64,000 nt of DNA from positions 64,001-128,000 of the forward strand of contig JBFWLW010000003.1 of assembly GCA_050251945.1 (NCBI GenBank), written 5' to 3'. Shown in pieces: positions 38,538 to 49,125 of the stretch. The notes under the pieces were generated by a model. That model searched no databases, was not told where the DNA came from, and was given only the letters and a program-made list of their open reading frames with translations. A program made the position numbers and the translations under genes. The first letter of the stretch is position 1. Each line of letters starts with the position of its first letter. Source of the DNA: Deferribacterales bacterium (GTDB taxonomy: Bacteria > Chrysiogenota > Deferribacteres > Deferribacterales > Geovibrionaceae).

Positions 38538-38942
38538 TTATGCGTAGGTATCTACGGATGTGAGACCGGAAAGAAGCGCCTCTTCGGTGCTTGTACCGGA
38601 AAGCTTAAGCTGATTGATGATAGATGATGATGCAGAAGATGTTTCGTCGGTGTCGTCCGTTTCCTCAGTTGATGACTGCTTATCCGCTTCATATGCGGCA
38701 AGCTCGTCCTGACTTATCTGTCCGTCCCCGTTTGCATCGTATTTGTCAAATTCGGATTTGCTGACGGAAGAACTGCCAATTTTATAAGAAGATGTTGTCG
38801 ATATGGAGACCTTGTCCATATCCGTCTTTTTGACCGCTGTGTCGTCGCTCTGCTTTTTGGCTGATTGATCCTGACCTTTTATGCTCATGTTGTTCGCGGT
38901 CAGATCCGTGTAGGATACTGAATAGTTCGTAGAGATACTCAT
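38538..38942 (-). CDS. Small acidic Ser/Thr-rich EF-hand protein
   Basis: DANGDGQISQDE EF-hand loop; GGAGG RBS; C-terminus SVDTYA. Confidence 0.8.
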   Translation of the reverse strand: MSISTNYSVSYTDLTANNMSIKGQDQSAKKQSDDTAVKKTDMDKVSISTTSSYKIGSSSVSKSEFDKYDANGDGQISQDELAAYEADKQSSTEETDDTDETSSASSSIINQLKLSGTSTEEALLSGLTSVDTYA

Positions 38943-39229
38943 AACTTCCTCCCTGGTGGATAGATGTTCGATGTCTCTTATATCGCCGGCAGGAGGAAAA
39001 ATATAAATTCATTTAAAATAGACAATGTGTTCTGAATGTGTGCGAAATGCGTTCGCAAACTGTTGAAGAATACGGAATAATGGAGATGTCCTCATATTTT
39101 GCACACAGAAAACCGCATATGGCGCCTCAATAAAACACATTTTCCACACAAATGCACTCAGACAAAATATGCGCGGATCAAACAGCCATACTAATCTCTA
39201 GTGCCATATTATCGTTCAGCCAAAGAAAC

Positions 39230-39589
39230 TTACGCATAGTTGTTGTAATAATAACCGTAAGGAGCATATCCGGCGGGAACAGCAGGCGCCGTATAATATC
39301 CCGGAACAGGTGAATATGCAGAGGCGTTATTCTGATCTTTATATACAGAAAACTCTGACACACTCATCACACCGTCTTTGTTACTGTCATATGCGTTGAA
39401 TTTGCCCATCGTATCTGAACTCACAGAGGATTTATATGCGGGAGCCTGAGAGGCTGAAGAGGTCTGATCACTCTGAGCCGATGAGGTCTGCCCCTGCACT
39501 GCTGTCTGATTTCTGCTCTGCAGGTTGGATGTGTCCAGTCGATTTGTCGAATTATAATATTCGGGTGAATTTGCAGGTGTAACTATCAT
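39230..39589 (-). CDS. Small Ser/Gln-rich EF-hand protein with Tyr/Pro-rich tail
   Basis: DSNKDGVMSVSE loop; AGGAGG RBS; C-terminus AYSPVPGYYTAPAVPAGYAPYGYYYNNYA. Confidence 0.75.
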   Translation of the reverse strand: MIVTPANSPEYYNSTNRLDTSNLQSRNQTAVQGQTSSAQSDQTSSASQAPAYKSSVSSDTMGKFNAYDSNKDGVMSVSEFSVYKDQNNASAYSPVPGYYTAPAVPAGYAPYGYYYNNYA

Positions 39590-39844
39590 GAGATTGCCTC
39601 CTGATCATCTTCTCTGACTTTCTAATCGCATGAAACGCAATCTTCATAAGTTTCAACTAAACAGTCATTTAAACAACTTCTTAAACAGACCACTGCATTT
39701 TTTGCGTTTATTAACAATGCATTATCCAATAATCGACATGCCTTGGTAAAAAATCCAGCATTTATACGCAATTGAAACATGAAACTAACATAATTATCTG
39801 GTGTAGTAGTATCGTACAAAAGTGTGCAATTAAAGGAGAGCAAT

Positions 39845-40231
39845 ATGATATCTGCCGGATGTTTCAGACAGTACACAAGTCTTGTTCTGATTCTATTTAT
39901 AATGTTTATGTCCGGTCCGACCCACGTCGCCCACGCCGCAATGATAGGTTATGAAACGGGTAATTCTGAAATGGCGGCAGAGCAGGCGAGACAGACAGTT
40001 GACGCCTTCGTGGCGAGAGAGGATGTGAAGAGCGCGCTCGTTAAAATGGGCATCGACCCTGCGGAAGCATCCGACAGGATTAAAGCTCTTTCTGACAGCG
40101 AAGCAATCGCCGCGGCACAGCATATCGACAGCGCGCCTGCAGGCGGTGAAGGCATTATAACCATCATCGCAGGACTGCTTGTTCTGATAATCGCGGCAAT
40201 ACTGAATCTGACCAAAGCCATACTGTCGTGA
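39845..40231 (+). CDS. PA2779-family protein, paralog 1
   Basis: Signal peptide (AHA-AMIG), REDVKSALVKMGIDP.EA..RI.ALSD.E, then PAGG and a C-terminal TM; start after GGAGAG. Confidence 0.82.
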   Translation: MISAGCFRQYTSLVLILFIMFMSGPTHVAHAAMIGYETGNSEMAAEQARQTVDAFVAREDVKSALVKMGIDPAEASDRIKALSDSEAIAAAQHIDSAPAGGEGIITIIAGLLVLIIAAILNLTKAILS

Positions 40232-40329
40232 ATATTCACTTTAATTGTTTTTTATAACTCCTATAATAGTCTCTCTGGAAAAAACAGTTCCGGAACATAT
40301 AATATAGTAATCAATTGAAGGAGTGACCT

Positions 40330-40743
40330 ATGAATATGTTAAGGAGACAGAGCAGAACTATCGGGCTTCTGCTGATATTCAGCCTTATGTTCCTCGCAGG
40401 TCCCGTTCACAACGCACAGGCGGCAATGATAGGCGCTCAGACGGTCATCGACACCGCAAAAGCGGAAAAAGCGAAGACTCAGATAAACGCTTTCCTCGCC
40501 CGTGAGGACGTGCAGAACTCACTGACATCCATGGGGATTTCACCGGACGAAGCTGTGAAAAGAGCGCAGTCTCTTTCCGACAGCGAGGCAATAGCCTTTG
40601 CAGATAATATGGATAAGGCTCCTGCGGGCGGCAGCGGACTCGGGGTTGTTGTCGGCGCGGCACTGTTCGTGTTCATCGTTCTGCTGATAACCGATATCCT
40701 CGGTTTCACAAAAGTGTTCAGCTTTACAAAAGCCGCAAGATGA
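40330..40743 (+). CDS. PA2779-family protein, paralog 2
   Basis: AQA-AMIG, REDVQNSLTSMGISP, PAGGSGLGVVVGAALFVFIVLLITDILGFTKVF. Confidence 0.85.
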   Translation: MNMLRRQSRTIGLLLIFSLMFLAGPVHNAQAAMIGAQTVIDTAKAEKAKTQINAFLAREDVQNSLTSMGISPDEAVKRAQSLSDSEAIAFADNMDKAPAGGSGLGVVVGAALFVFIVLLITDILGFTKVFSFTKAAR

Positions 40744-41645
40744 TAAAACAGCTTTTACTGCCTCTTTGTCTGTTTATACTCATGACAGGGTGCGCGGCAA
40801 AGGTTTCATCAAGATGGGACAGCGTGATATCCGAACAACGGGACGTTGCGCTGTCCGTCCCTTTTTACGCCCAGAAAGACTATTACTGCGGTCCGGCATC
40901 TCTTGCCATGATGCTAGAACAGAGCGGAATAAAGGCAAACCCTGACGAGCTTGCGAAAAAGGTCTTCACCCCTTCCAAAAAAGGATCGTTCAAGGAGGAC
41001 ATGCTCACAGGCGCGCGCAGAAGCGGGCGTATTCCCTACCCCGTCACCTCTCCTTCAGAGCTTTACGCTTCGCTGCGTGAGGGCAAACCCGTTCTCGTAT
41101 TTATGAATCTGGGGCTTGATTTCTATCCGGTATGGCACTACGCCGTCGTAACAGGTATTGGTGAAGGTTATCTTCTGCTCCATTCAGGTGTTACGCCGAA
41201 TGAAAAATTCAAAACCGCAACGTTCGACAAGGTATGGGCAAGGGGAGACTACTGGGGCTTCATACTCCTGCGCCCCGGCGAGATACTGAACGACGCAGAT
41301 CCGGTAAAACTTGCTGACGCGGCATTCGCATATTCGCTCACCGATGCTCAGGGAGCCATAAAAACCCTTTCCGAAGCATCCGAAGTTTTCGACAGCAAAC
41401 CGCTGATGTTCGCATACGGAAGCGTGCTTTACTCCGCCGATAAAAAAACGGAGGCGATAGACGTTTTCCGCACCATTACCGAAAAATATCCTGACGACGG
41501 TGACGGCTGGAACAATCTTGCTCATATTCTTAACGAAACAGGACTCAGAAAACTTGCCGTTTACGCCGCTGAAAAGGCGGTATCCATAGGCGGAAAGAAC
41601 CTCTCCGTTTACGAAGAAACTCTTAAATCTGTTCAAACGCCTTGA
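40740..41645 (+). CDS. PA2778-family C39-like cysteine peptidase lipoprotein with TPR
   Basis: Lipobox MTGC; VPFYAQKDYYCGPASLAMML; WHYAVVTG; C-terminal WNNLA TPR-like helices. Confidence 0.87.
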   Translation: MIKQLLLPLCLFILMTGCAAKVSSRWDSVISEQRDVALSVPFYAQKDYYCGPASLAMMLEQSGIKANPDELAKKVFTPSKKGSFKEDMLTGARRSGRIPYPVTSPSELYASLREGKPVLVFMNLGLDFYPVWHYAVVTGIGEGYLLLHSGVTPNEKFKTATFDKVWARGDYWGFILLRPGEILNDADPVKLADAAFAYSLTDAQGAIKTLSEASEVFDSKPLMFAYGSVLYSADKKTEAIDVFRTITEKYPDDGDGWNNLAHILNETGLRKLAVYAAEKAVSIGGKNLSVYEETLKSVQTP

Positions 41646-41696
41646 TTTTATCCCGCTATAATATAAACTATGCTGACTAACTCAAACGGAGTAATT

Positions 41697-42623
41697 ATGC
41701 GAACCGTATTCATGGGTACGCCCGAAATGGCTGTGCCGACGCTTAAAGCACTTTTGGAAAATGATATAGAAGTCGCTCTGGTCATAACACAGACCGACAA
41801 ACCCAAAGGCAGAGGGAACCAGATGCAGTCGCCCCCTGTTAAGGAATATGCAGACGCTCAGGGCATTGAGGTCATCCAGCCGAAAAGCCTTAAAAATAAC
41901 GAAGATGTGCTTGAAAAGCTGAAAAGCATAGCGCCGGATTTCATAGTTGTTGCCGCATACGGCAAAATCCTGCCTCAATCCGTTCTTGACGTGCCGAAAA
42001 AAGCACCCGTCAACGTGCATTTTTCTTTACTCCCGAAGTACAGAGGCGCGGCTCCGGTGAACTGGGCTGTAATAAACGGAGAGGACGAAACAGGTGTCGC
42101 CACCATGCTTATGGATGCCGGACTTGACACAGGCGACATACTGCTTGTCGAAAAGACGCCCATCGGGAAAAAGGACTCCGTGATGATAGCTGAAGAGCTT
42201 GCTGAAACAGGCGCTAAACTTCTCATCAGAACCTTAAAAGAGTTCGATGGCATCACACCGGTCAAACAGAACGATGCAGACATGACGTATGCCCCCATGA
42301 TGAAAAAAGAGGACGGACACATCAAATGGGCGGAAAAGACGGCGAAAGAGATAGAATGTATGATACGCGGCTTTGTGCCGTGGCCTGCCGCATATACGTT
42401 TCTTGACGGTAAAATGTTCAAACTTTTTGCCGCTGAAATTGTCAGTATAGAGAATAATATTGAACCCGGGACAATATTCGATGTCACTAAGAAAAGTTTC
42501 TGTGTCAGATGCGCAAAAGACGCGCTTATGGTAACGGAGCTTCAGCCCGAGGGCAAAAAGAGAATGCCTGCCGTGAGTTTTCTGGCAGGTGCAAAGCTTG
42601 CGGGCGGAGAAAAGTTTGAATAA
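41697..42623 (+). CDS. fmt: Methionyl-tRNA formyltransferase
   Basis: VFMGTPE, VVAAYGKILP, NVHFSLLPKYRGAAP and GLDTGD motifs. Confidence 0.97.
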   Translation: MRTVFMGTPEMAVPTLKALLENDIEVALVITQTDKPKGRGNQMQSPPVKEYADAQGIEVIQPKSLKNNEDVLEKLKSIAPDFIVVAAYGKILPQSVLDVPKKAPVNVHFSLLPKYRGAAPVNWAVINGEDETGVATMLMDAGLDTGDILLVEKTPIGKKDSVMIAEELAETGAKLLIRTLKEFDGITPVKQNDADMTYAPMMKKEDGHIKWAEKTAKEIECMIRGFVPWPAAYTFLDGKMFKLFAAEIVSIENNIEPGTIFDVTKKSFCVRCAKDALMVTELQPEGKKRMPAVSFLAGAKLAGGEKFE

Positions 42624-43389
42624 ACGAATGTCAAAAGACAGAGCGATATTCATGGCTCTGTTCTTTCTCTGCGGATGTGTGATATTCGGCGCCGGACTTG
42701 TGGTCTGGTTCCTCATGATGCTGGGCGCGGCTACCATCTCAAAGCTCGCCGCAGACGTCATAACGGCACTGTTCGTAATCTTCGCATTCTCAGTAACCAT
42801 ATTCACCCTTATATTTGCATATACTGCGCTGACAGGCAGAGACCTGAACATGGCGAAGGGGCTGCGGAGAATAGCAACAAGGCTCACACTGCCCTTTATG
42901 CTGCGTGTGGCGAAACACGCGAACATTGACAGGGACATGCTGGTGCGCGCCTTCGTAAACATAAACAACGACATGGTGCGCGGAATTATAAAACGGCGGA
43001 AGATAGAGAAACTGCTCATCCTTCTGCCGCACTGCATACAGCTTGATTGCTGTGAACTTAAACTGACAAAGGACATAACAAAATGCACAGGCTGTGGAAG
43101 ATGTGATGTAAAAGAGCTTGTTAATATAGCAGACAGGCATAATATATCTATAAACATAGCCACGGGAGGTACCGTGGCGAGAAAGATAGTTAAGGAGACG
43201 CGCCCCGACCTCATTCTTGCCGTGGCGTGCGAACGGGATCTTTTAAGCGGAATACAGGACACATACCCGCTTCCGGTACTTGGTTTCTGCAACCGGAGAC
43301 CAAACGGCGAGTGCATAAGCACCCGGATAGACACCCGCATGATAGAGGATGAAATAAATAACATATATAATATCAAGGAGGCAATATGA
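42616..43389 (+). CDS. DUF116 family membrane protein
   Basis: LLPHCIQ..C...CTGCGRC...ATGGTVAR...AVACERDL..G...C; start TTG 42616 or ATG 42628. Confidence 0.85.
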   Translation: MNKRMSKDRAIFMALFFLCGCVIFGAGLVVWFLMMLGAATISKLAADVITALFVIFAFSVTIFTLIFAYTALTGRDLNMAKGLRRIATRLTLPFMLRVAKHANIDRDMLVRAFVNINNDMVRGIIKRRKIEKLLILLPHCIQLDCCELKLTKDITKCTGCGRCDVKELVNIADRHNISINIATGGTVARKIVKETRPDLILAVACERDLLSGIQDTYPLPVLGFCNRRPNGECISTRIDTRMIEDEINNIYNIKEAI

Positions 43390-44252
43390 ACACCCTTAAG
43401 ACTGTTCTGCTCATGACTGTGCTGATGGTCTTCTTCGTGTTTGTGGGAGGACTTATCGGCGGCAAAACCGGAATGTACGTTGCATTCGGTATCGCTTTTG
43501 CGATGAACATCTTCTCATACTGGTTCAGCAGTTCCATCGTACTTAAGATGTACGGAGCGAAAGAAGTTACGGAGGCTGAATATCCGGCTCTTCACCGTCT
43601 TGTGCGCAACCTCGCCACAAGAGGCAATATCCCTATGCCCAAAGTTTGCGTTATGCAGAGCGCAACCCCCAACGCATTCGCAACAGGCAGAAACCCCCAG
43701 CACGCGGTAGTGGCTGTCACAACCGCCATTATGGGAATACTTTCGGAAGACGAGCTTGAAGGCGTTCTCGCCCACGAGCTGGCACACATAAACGGACGCG
43801 ACATCCTCATCGGGACAGTTGCGGCAACCATGGCGGGAGCTATTATGATGCTCGCCGACATGGCGCGCTGGGCTGCCATTTTCGGCGGCGGACACAGCAG
43901 CGACGACGAAAACAACAGCAACCCGCTGGGTATGGTGGGCATGATAGTCGTATCTATACTCGCACCGCTGGCGGCAACAATGATTCAGATGGCGATATCC
44001 CGCTCAAGGGAATACAGAGCCGACGAAGAGGGCGCACGCCTCTGCGGAAGACCCCTTTCTCTGGCATCAGCTCTGGACAAAATATCAAAGGGCGTCGCAT
44101 TCCATCCTATGGAGGAAGCAAAACCCGCCACTGCTCACATGATGATAATGAACCCCTTTTCCGCAGGCGGCATGCTCAACCTTTTCTCTACACACCCGCC
44201 CGTTGAGGAGCGCATTAAAAGGCTCCGTGAACAGGCAAGAGGAATGCGTTAA
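43386..44252 (+). CDS. htpX: Zinc metalloprotease HtpX (M48)
   Basis: [27 protein letters not shown] and FSTHPP motifs. Confidence 0.96.
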   Translation: MNTLKTVLLMTVLMVFFVFVGGLIGGKTGMYVAFGIAFAMNIFSYWFSSSIVLKMYGAKEVTEAEYPALHRLVRNLATRGNIPMPKVCVMQSATPNAFATGRNPQHAVVAVTTAIMGILSEDELEGVLAHELAHINGRDILIGTVAATMAGAIMMLADMARWAAIFGGGHSSDDENNSNPLGMVGMIVVSILAPLAATMIQMAISRSREYRADEEGARLCGRPLSLASALDKISKGVAFHPMEEAKPATAHMMIMNPFSAGGMLNLFSTHPPVEERIKRLREQARGMR

Positions 44253-45382
44253 TGGCGGACAGGTTCCGTTACAGGCTTTTCGACATACTGAGATCCTACT
44301 ATCAGGGCGGTCTGAAAGAGGATTATTTTCAGGATTCAACAGAAAAAAGACTGTACCGTAAAATATATTTCGAGACTTTCAGACATCTCGGCTTCATAGA
44401 AAGGGCGCTTGGAAAACTCTATTCCCGCCCGCCGGAAGAGGATGTCCGCGCCGCACTCGCATTGGGTGCATGTCAGATAATGTTCATGGATGACATACCC
44501 GAATATGCCGCCGTGAACGAGAGCGTTTCCATGGTGCCTAAACAAAAGCGAAGCTTTGTCAACGCAGTGCTTCGCAATCTGGCAAGGCAAAAGGGAACTC
44601 TCATGAAAGACTACTCCATACGTCAGGATTTTCCTGACTGGTTTGTAAAAAAATGGGAAAAACGTCTGGGGACGGAACTCGATGCGTTTCTGACTGATTT
44701 GAACACCAAGCCGTCATTTTACAGCGTCGATCCCGTCTCCATGACTATTGAAAAAACAGCAGGCGAAGCGGAAGGACACATAATGGATCTCGCATCTTTC
44801 AGCGTTGCCAGACTGGCAGGCGACATACAGCCTTTGTCTGTTCTGGACTGCTGTGCAGCTCCCGGCGGCAAAACCTTCGTTCTTTCCCACACCTATCCCG
44901 ATGCCAGAGTTTTTGCGGTTGAAAAGAACAGAAAAAGATACGAACAGCTTAAATCAGCCATGGCGGAATATAAAAATGTCGACTGCATCTGTGCCGATAT
45001 CCTTGAACTGGATACGGAGGCGGAGTTTGACCTTGTTCTGCTGGATGCACCCTGCACGTCGCTCGGCACCATTAAGCGCCATCCGGAAGTGCGCTGGCTC
45101 AGAACTCAGAAAGATATTGACGAATGCGCACGCAGACAAAAAGAAATGCTTGAAAAAGCAGTGAAATTTACAGGAAAAGGCAGTACACTGATTTATTCGG
45201 TCTGCTCTCTGGAACCGGAGGAAACAACCGGAATAATCGAAAAGTTTCTGAAAGAACATCCTGATTTTTCGGCTGCCGCTCCAGTATGCGACGAAAAATT
45301 TGCGGACGGGAACTACTTCGTTTCATTGCCTTTTAAAAGCGATGCAGACGGATTTTTCGCCGCAGTTCTGAAAAAGAAATGA
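44252..45382 (+). CDS. rsmB: 16S rRNA m5C methyltransferase RsmB/Sun-like (NusB-like N-terminus)
   Basis: IPEYAAVNESV...FVNAVLR; DCCAAPGGKT; DAPCTSLG; YSVCSL. Confidence 0.85.
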   Translation: MADRFRYRLFDILRSYYQGGLKEDYFQDSTEKRLYRKIYFETFRHLGFIERALGKLYSRPPEEDVRAALALGACQIMFMDDIPEYAAVNESVSMVPKQKRSFVNAVLRNLARQKGTLMKDYSIRQDFPDWFVKKWEKRLGTELDAFLTDLNTKPSFYSVDPVSMTIEKTAGEAEGHIMDLASFSVARLAGDIQPLSVLDCCAAPGGKTFVLSHTYPDARVFAVEKNRKRYEQLKSAMAEYKNVDCICADILELDTEAEFDLVLLDAPCTSLGTIKRHPEVRWLRTQKDIDECARRQKEMLEKAVKFTGKGSTLIYSVCSLEPEETTGIIEKFLKEHPDFSAAAPVCDEKFADGNYFVSLPFKSDADGFFAAVLKKK

Positions 45383-45392
45383 GGTCTTTTGC

Positions 45393-46523
45393 TTGTTTGA
45401 AACAATATTGATACAACTGGGTGCCTTTTCTGTAAATGTGTCCATATCAATAGCGCAGCTATTCCTTAGTCTGTTGATAATATTTTCGGCAGTAAAGCTG
45501 TATAAAACAAGAGATTTCTCTCAACTGACCACGCTCCATGCAAAATTTTTTATGCTTATGGTTGCCGTTGAACTGACCGCAGCTTTTGCAGGCATAGACC
45601 CGAAAAGATCTCTGTGCGAAGTTGCATCAACGTGGACGTATCTTTATCTTTTTGCGATACTTATCCTGTTCAACGGCAGCAACATGAACAGAGTTATTTA
45701 CGCATTCTTTCTCGGAAGCATACTGAACGCTTTATCGGGCATATACGATGTCTTTGTAACCGGCATGGAACGTGCCATCGGCTATTACACCCATGCGCTC
45801 ACATACGGAAATGCGGCGGCTGTTGTTTTTATCTGCGGTCTGGGACTTCTTGTATTCGTCAGACATCAGCCAAAAAAGCTGCGTATTCTCACTGTAGCCG
45901 CGACTGTGCTTGCGGCATATGCGCTTTTTCTGTCGGGAAGCCGCGGCCCTATGCTCTCCGCCATGGTGACAACGGCAATAATTTGCATCTGCCAATATAA
46001 AACGAAAGCGGTTGTTGCGGTTTCGGCACTCGTGGTTATTGCAGCTGGCGTTATATATTTCAGCCAGCCGCTGCAAAATAAGCTTTTTACCGACAGAGAG
46101 GATCCGGCAGGCACCTCGTCTTCAGTCAAAACAAGAATAGTGCTTTGGAAAACCGCCATAAAAGGCATCTCCGAACGACCAGTATTCGGTTTCGGCAAAG
46201 GCAGCTTCACAGCATATGCCAAGAAGAATATAAACGTACCCGTTATAAGCACCGCTCATGCACACAACTCATACCTCCATTACGCTTTTTCCAACGGTCT
46301 CGTTGGACTGGCACTCCTCTTCGGTTTCATAATAAGCCTTTTCAGATATATATATCTGCGTTCTAAAGAATATCCACCTGCGAAAGCCGCTATTTTCATC
46401 TTCATTGTCTTCCTTCTGGAAGGGCTGACAGAGAATAATTTCGGCGATTCCGAAGTGGTGATGCTCACCATGCTTCTGCTTGCCGCCCTCACAACCCCCG
46501 CCAGACTCTATAAAAACCTTTGA
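45393..46523 (+). CDS. O-antigen ligase (WaaL/Wzy_C) family membrane protein
   Basis: Multiple TMs; LSGSRG, R..LW...RPVFGFG and HAHNSYL motifs. Confidence 0.88.
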   Translation: MFETILIQLGAFSVNVSISIAQLFLSLLIIFSAVKLYKTRDFSQLTTLHAKFFMLMVAVELTAAFAGIDPKRSLCEVASTWTYLYLFAILILFNGSNMNRVIYAFFLGSILNALSGIYDVFVTGMERAIGYYTHALTYGNAAAVVFICGLGLLVFVRHQPKKLRILTVAATVLAAYALFLSGSRGPMLSAMVTTAIICICQYKTKAVVAVSALVVIAAGVIYFSQPLQNKLFTDREDPAGTSSSVKTRIVLWKTAIKGISERPVFGFGKGSFTAYAKKNINVPVISTAHAHNSYLHYAFSNGLVGLALLFGFIISLFRYIYLRSKEYPPAKAAIFIFIVFLLEGLTENNFGDSEVVMLTMLLLAALTTPARLYKNL

Positions 46524-46555
46524 CAAACACTGTTTTTGCGTATAACCTAACAAAA

Positions 46556-46660
46556 CTTATCCAGAGTAGCGGAGGGAAAGGGCCCTGTGAAGCTACAGCA
46601 GCCGGTCGGAATAATAAGCCGATGTCTGGTGCTAATTCCTACCGATGAAGGAAAGATAAG
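46556..46660 (+). ncRNA. SAM-I (S-box) riboswitch aptamer
   Basis: CTTATCCAGAGTAGCGGAGGGA..GGCCCTGTGAAGC..CAGCAGCC...GGTGCTAATTCC...GAAAGATAAG directly upstream of metY; TTGACA promoter at 46520. Confidence 0.95.
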
Positions 46661-46680
46661 CATATATGTATAACAAGCAT

Positions 46681-46715
46681 AAGCCTCTTTCCCATACGGG
46701 AACAGAGGCTTTTTT
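46681..46715 (+). terminator. SAM riboswitch expression-platform terminator
   Basis: AAGCCTCT.TTCCC/GGGAA.AGAGGCTT stem with a T-tract. Confidence 0.88.
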
Positions 46716-46731
46716 GATATCCGGAGGAAAC

Positions 46732-48012
46732 ATGAGCAAGCAGAGATTTGAAACAATCGCCATCCACGGGGGCTACAGACCCGATGAGAAAACAGGAGCC
46801 ACACAGGTTCCCATCTACCTTTCAAACGCTTACGAGTTTAAAGACGCACAGCACGCAGCAGACCTTTTCGACCTGAACGTCGGAGGGCACATCTACACCC
46901 GTCTTTCAAACCCTACGGTGGAAGTTCTCGAAAACCGCATCGCAATGCTTGAGGGCGGTTCCGCCGCTGTCGCAGCGTCAGCGGGTCAATTCGCAACATA
47001 CATGGTCATAACAGCTCTCGCAGAACAGGGCGATAACATCGTGGCATCCGCAAAACTTTACGGCGGAACATACAACCTTTTTACGCAGACCTTCCGCAAA
47101 CTCGGCATAGAGATACGCATGGTTGATCAGGACGATGTGAATGCATTCGACGCGGCTGTTGACGCAAAAACGAAGGGTATCTATATAGAATCCGTCAGCA
47201 ACCCCGGAAGCGACATACCCGATATAGAAAAAATCGCCGAAGTTGCCAAAAAGCACAGAGTTCCGCTCATAGTGGACAACACATATACAACCCCATATCT
47301 TTTCAAACCGCTGGAACACGGCGCAAATATCGTTCTGCACTCCATGACCAAGTTCATAGGCGGACACGGCGCAGCAATGGGCGGCATAGCTGTTGACGGC
47401 GGAAACTTCGACTGGTTTGCCAGCGGCAGATTCCCCTCTTTCACAGAACCCGATCCCAGCTACCACGGAGCAATATACGCGGAGAAATTCGGAAACATGG
47501 CGCTTGCAGTTAAAATGCGCGCACAGGTACTGCGCGACGTCGGCGGATGTCTTTCCCCCATGAACGCGTTCCTGATTATGAACGGTCTTGAAACTCTGCA
47601 CCTGCGTATGCCCCGCCACTGCGAAAATGCAAAAAAACTCGCCGAGTGGCTGCTTAAAAACGATAAGGTGGCATGGGTAAACTACCCAGACCTTGCGGAC
47701 AACAAAAACTATCAGGCTGTAAAAAAATATATGCCGAAAGGTTCCGGAGCAATGATGTCATTCGGACTGAAAGGCGGTCTGGATGCTGGCAGAAACTTCA
47801 TCGAAAACGTGAAGATAGCCATCCACGCAACAAACCTCGGCGACGCACGAACCATTGTGACACATCCGGCAAGCACGACACACCGTCAGCTTTCAACAGA
47901 GCAGCGGGTGAAGGCGGGAATACCCGACGAGCTTATCCGCGTTGCAGTGGGAATAGAGAATATCGACGATATTATCGAAGACTTCGATCAGGCTATGAAG
48001 GCGGTTAAATGA
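46732..48012 (+). CDS. metY: O-acetylhomoserine sulfhydrylase
   Basis: IYTRLSNPT, VDNT, HSMTKFIGGHG (PLP Lys) and NLGDARTIVTHPASTTH motifs; GGAGG RBS. Confidence 0.95.
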   Translation: MSKQRFETIAIHGGYRPDEKTGATQVPIYLSNAYEFKDAQHAADLFDLNVGGHIYTRLSNPTVEVLENRIAMLEGGSAAVAASAGQFATYMVITALAEQGDNIVASAKLYGGTYNLFTQTFRKLGIEIRMVDQDDVNAFDAAVDAKTKGIYIESVSNPGSDIPDIEKIAEVAKKHRVPLIVDNTYTTPYLFKPLEHGANIVLHSMTKFIGGHGAAMGGIAVDGGNFDWFASGRFPSFTEPDPSYHGAIYAEKFGNMALAVKMRAQVLRDVGGCLSPMNAFLIMNGLETLHLRMPRHCENAKKLAEWLLKNDKVAWVNYPDLADNKNYQAVKKYMPKGSGAMMSFGLKGGLDAGRNFIENVKIAIHATNLGDARTIVTHPASTTHRQLSTEQRVKAGIPDELIRVAVGIENIDDIIEDFDQAMKAVK

Positions 48013-49124
48013 CAGATAAAGGTTCTGTTGGGGTCGTTAAGACCAAATACTTTACATTTAAAGACGAATTCTTTTTCGAGAGCGGCAGGGTCATCTCATC
48101 CGTCACTGTCGCCTATGAAACATACGGGAAACTGAACGATGCGAAGGATAACGCTATCCTCGTGTGCCATGCCCTGACAGGCTCCGCACATGCCGCAGGT
48201 TACAACCGCGCAGACGAACAGAGACCAGGATGGTGGGATTCCATGATAGGTTCGGGAAAGGCCTTCGACACTGACAAGTATTTTGTCATCTGCTCGAACT
48301 TTCTCGGCTCCTGCTTCGGAACAACAGGTCCGTCGTCCGTGGATCCGTCCACCGGCAAACGATACGGACTGAGATTCCCCGTGGTCACTATCAAAGATAT
48401 GGTGCATCTGCAAAAGAAACTTATCGACCATCTCGGAATAAAACAGCTCTTCTGCGTTGCAGGCGGCTCAATGGGCGGCATGCAGGCTCTTGAATGGGGT
48501 GCGACTTATCCGGACAGCGTTAAAAGCATAATTCCCATAGCCACAGGCGCATCCATCATCCCGATGTCCATTGCGTTCAACGCAATAGCAAAATTCGCTA
48601 TTATGAAAGATCCGCGCTGGAACGGCGGCGACTATTACGACAGCGAAATACCCGTTGACGGGCTTGCCATCGCACGCATGGCGGGACACATAACATATCT
48701 GTCCGACCCCGCGTTCCACAACAAATTCGGCAGGCGCTACGCCAACTTTGAAGGTATTTACGACTTCAAAGGTATGTTCGAGGTGGAGAACTACCTCAGA
48801 TACAACGGATACAAGTTCACGGAGACGTTCGATGCGAACACATACCTTTATGTGCTCAAGACCATGGACATCTTCGACCTGTCGTACGGCAGGGGCAATC
48901 TTGAGGAGGCACTTTCGCTGATAAAGGCGAAATCACTTTTCATGACATTCACATCCGACTTTCTGTTCCCGTCGTATCAGACCGAAGAGATTGTGGGAAT
49001 ACTGAAAAAACTTGGAAAGGATACAAACTGGGAAAACATCACGTCCGACTACGGTCATGACGCGTTCCTCCTTGAGTTCGAGGTTCAGACACAGCTTATA
49101 AACGATTTCCTGAACAGGGTCTGA
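48009..49124 (+). CDS. metX: Homoserine O-acetyltransferase
   Basis: NAILVCHALTG, GGSMGGMQ, FDANTY and GHDAFL motifs. Confidence 0.95.
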   Translation: MTDKGSVGVVKTKYFTFKDEFFFESGRVISSVTVAYETYGKLNDAKDNAILVCHALTGSAHAAGYNRADEQRPGWWDSMIGSGKAFDTDKYFVICSNFLGSCFGTTGPSSVDPSTGKRYGLRFPVVTIKDMVHLQKKLIDHLGIKQLFCVAGGSMGGMQALEWGATYPDSVKSIIPIATGASIIPMSIAFNAIAKFAIMKDPRWNGGDYYDSEIPVDGLAIARMAGHITYLSDPAFHNKFGRRYANFEGIYDFKGMFEVENYLRYNGYKFTETFDANTYLYVLKTMDIFDLSYGRGNLEEALSLIKAKSLFMTFTSDFLFPSYQTEEIVGILKKLGKDTNWENITSDYGHDAFLLEFEVQTQLINDFLNRV

Positions 49125-49125
49125 C

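Noticed and set aside
42234..43376. 380-aa antisense ORF (similarly 21504-22358, 25882-26688, 36848-37615, 62429-63409)
   Set aside because: They lie opposite well-supported conserved genes and have no recognisable motifs; consistent with codon-bias shadows.
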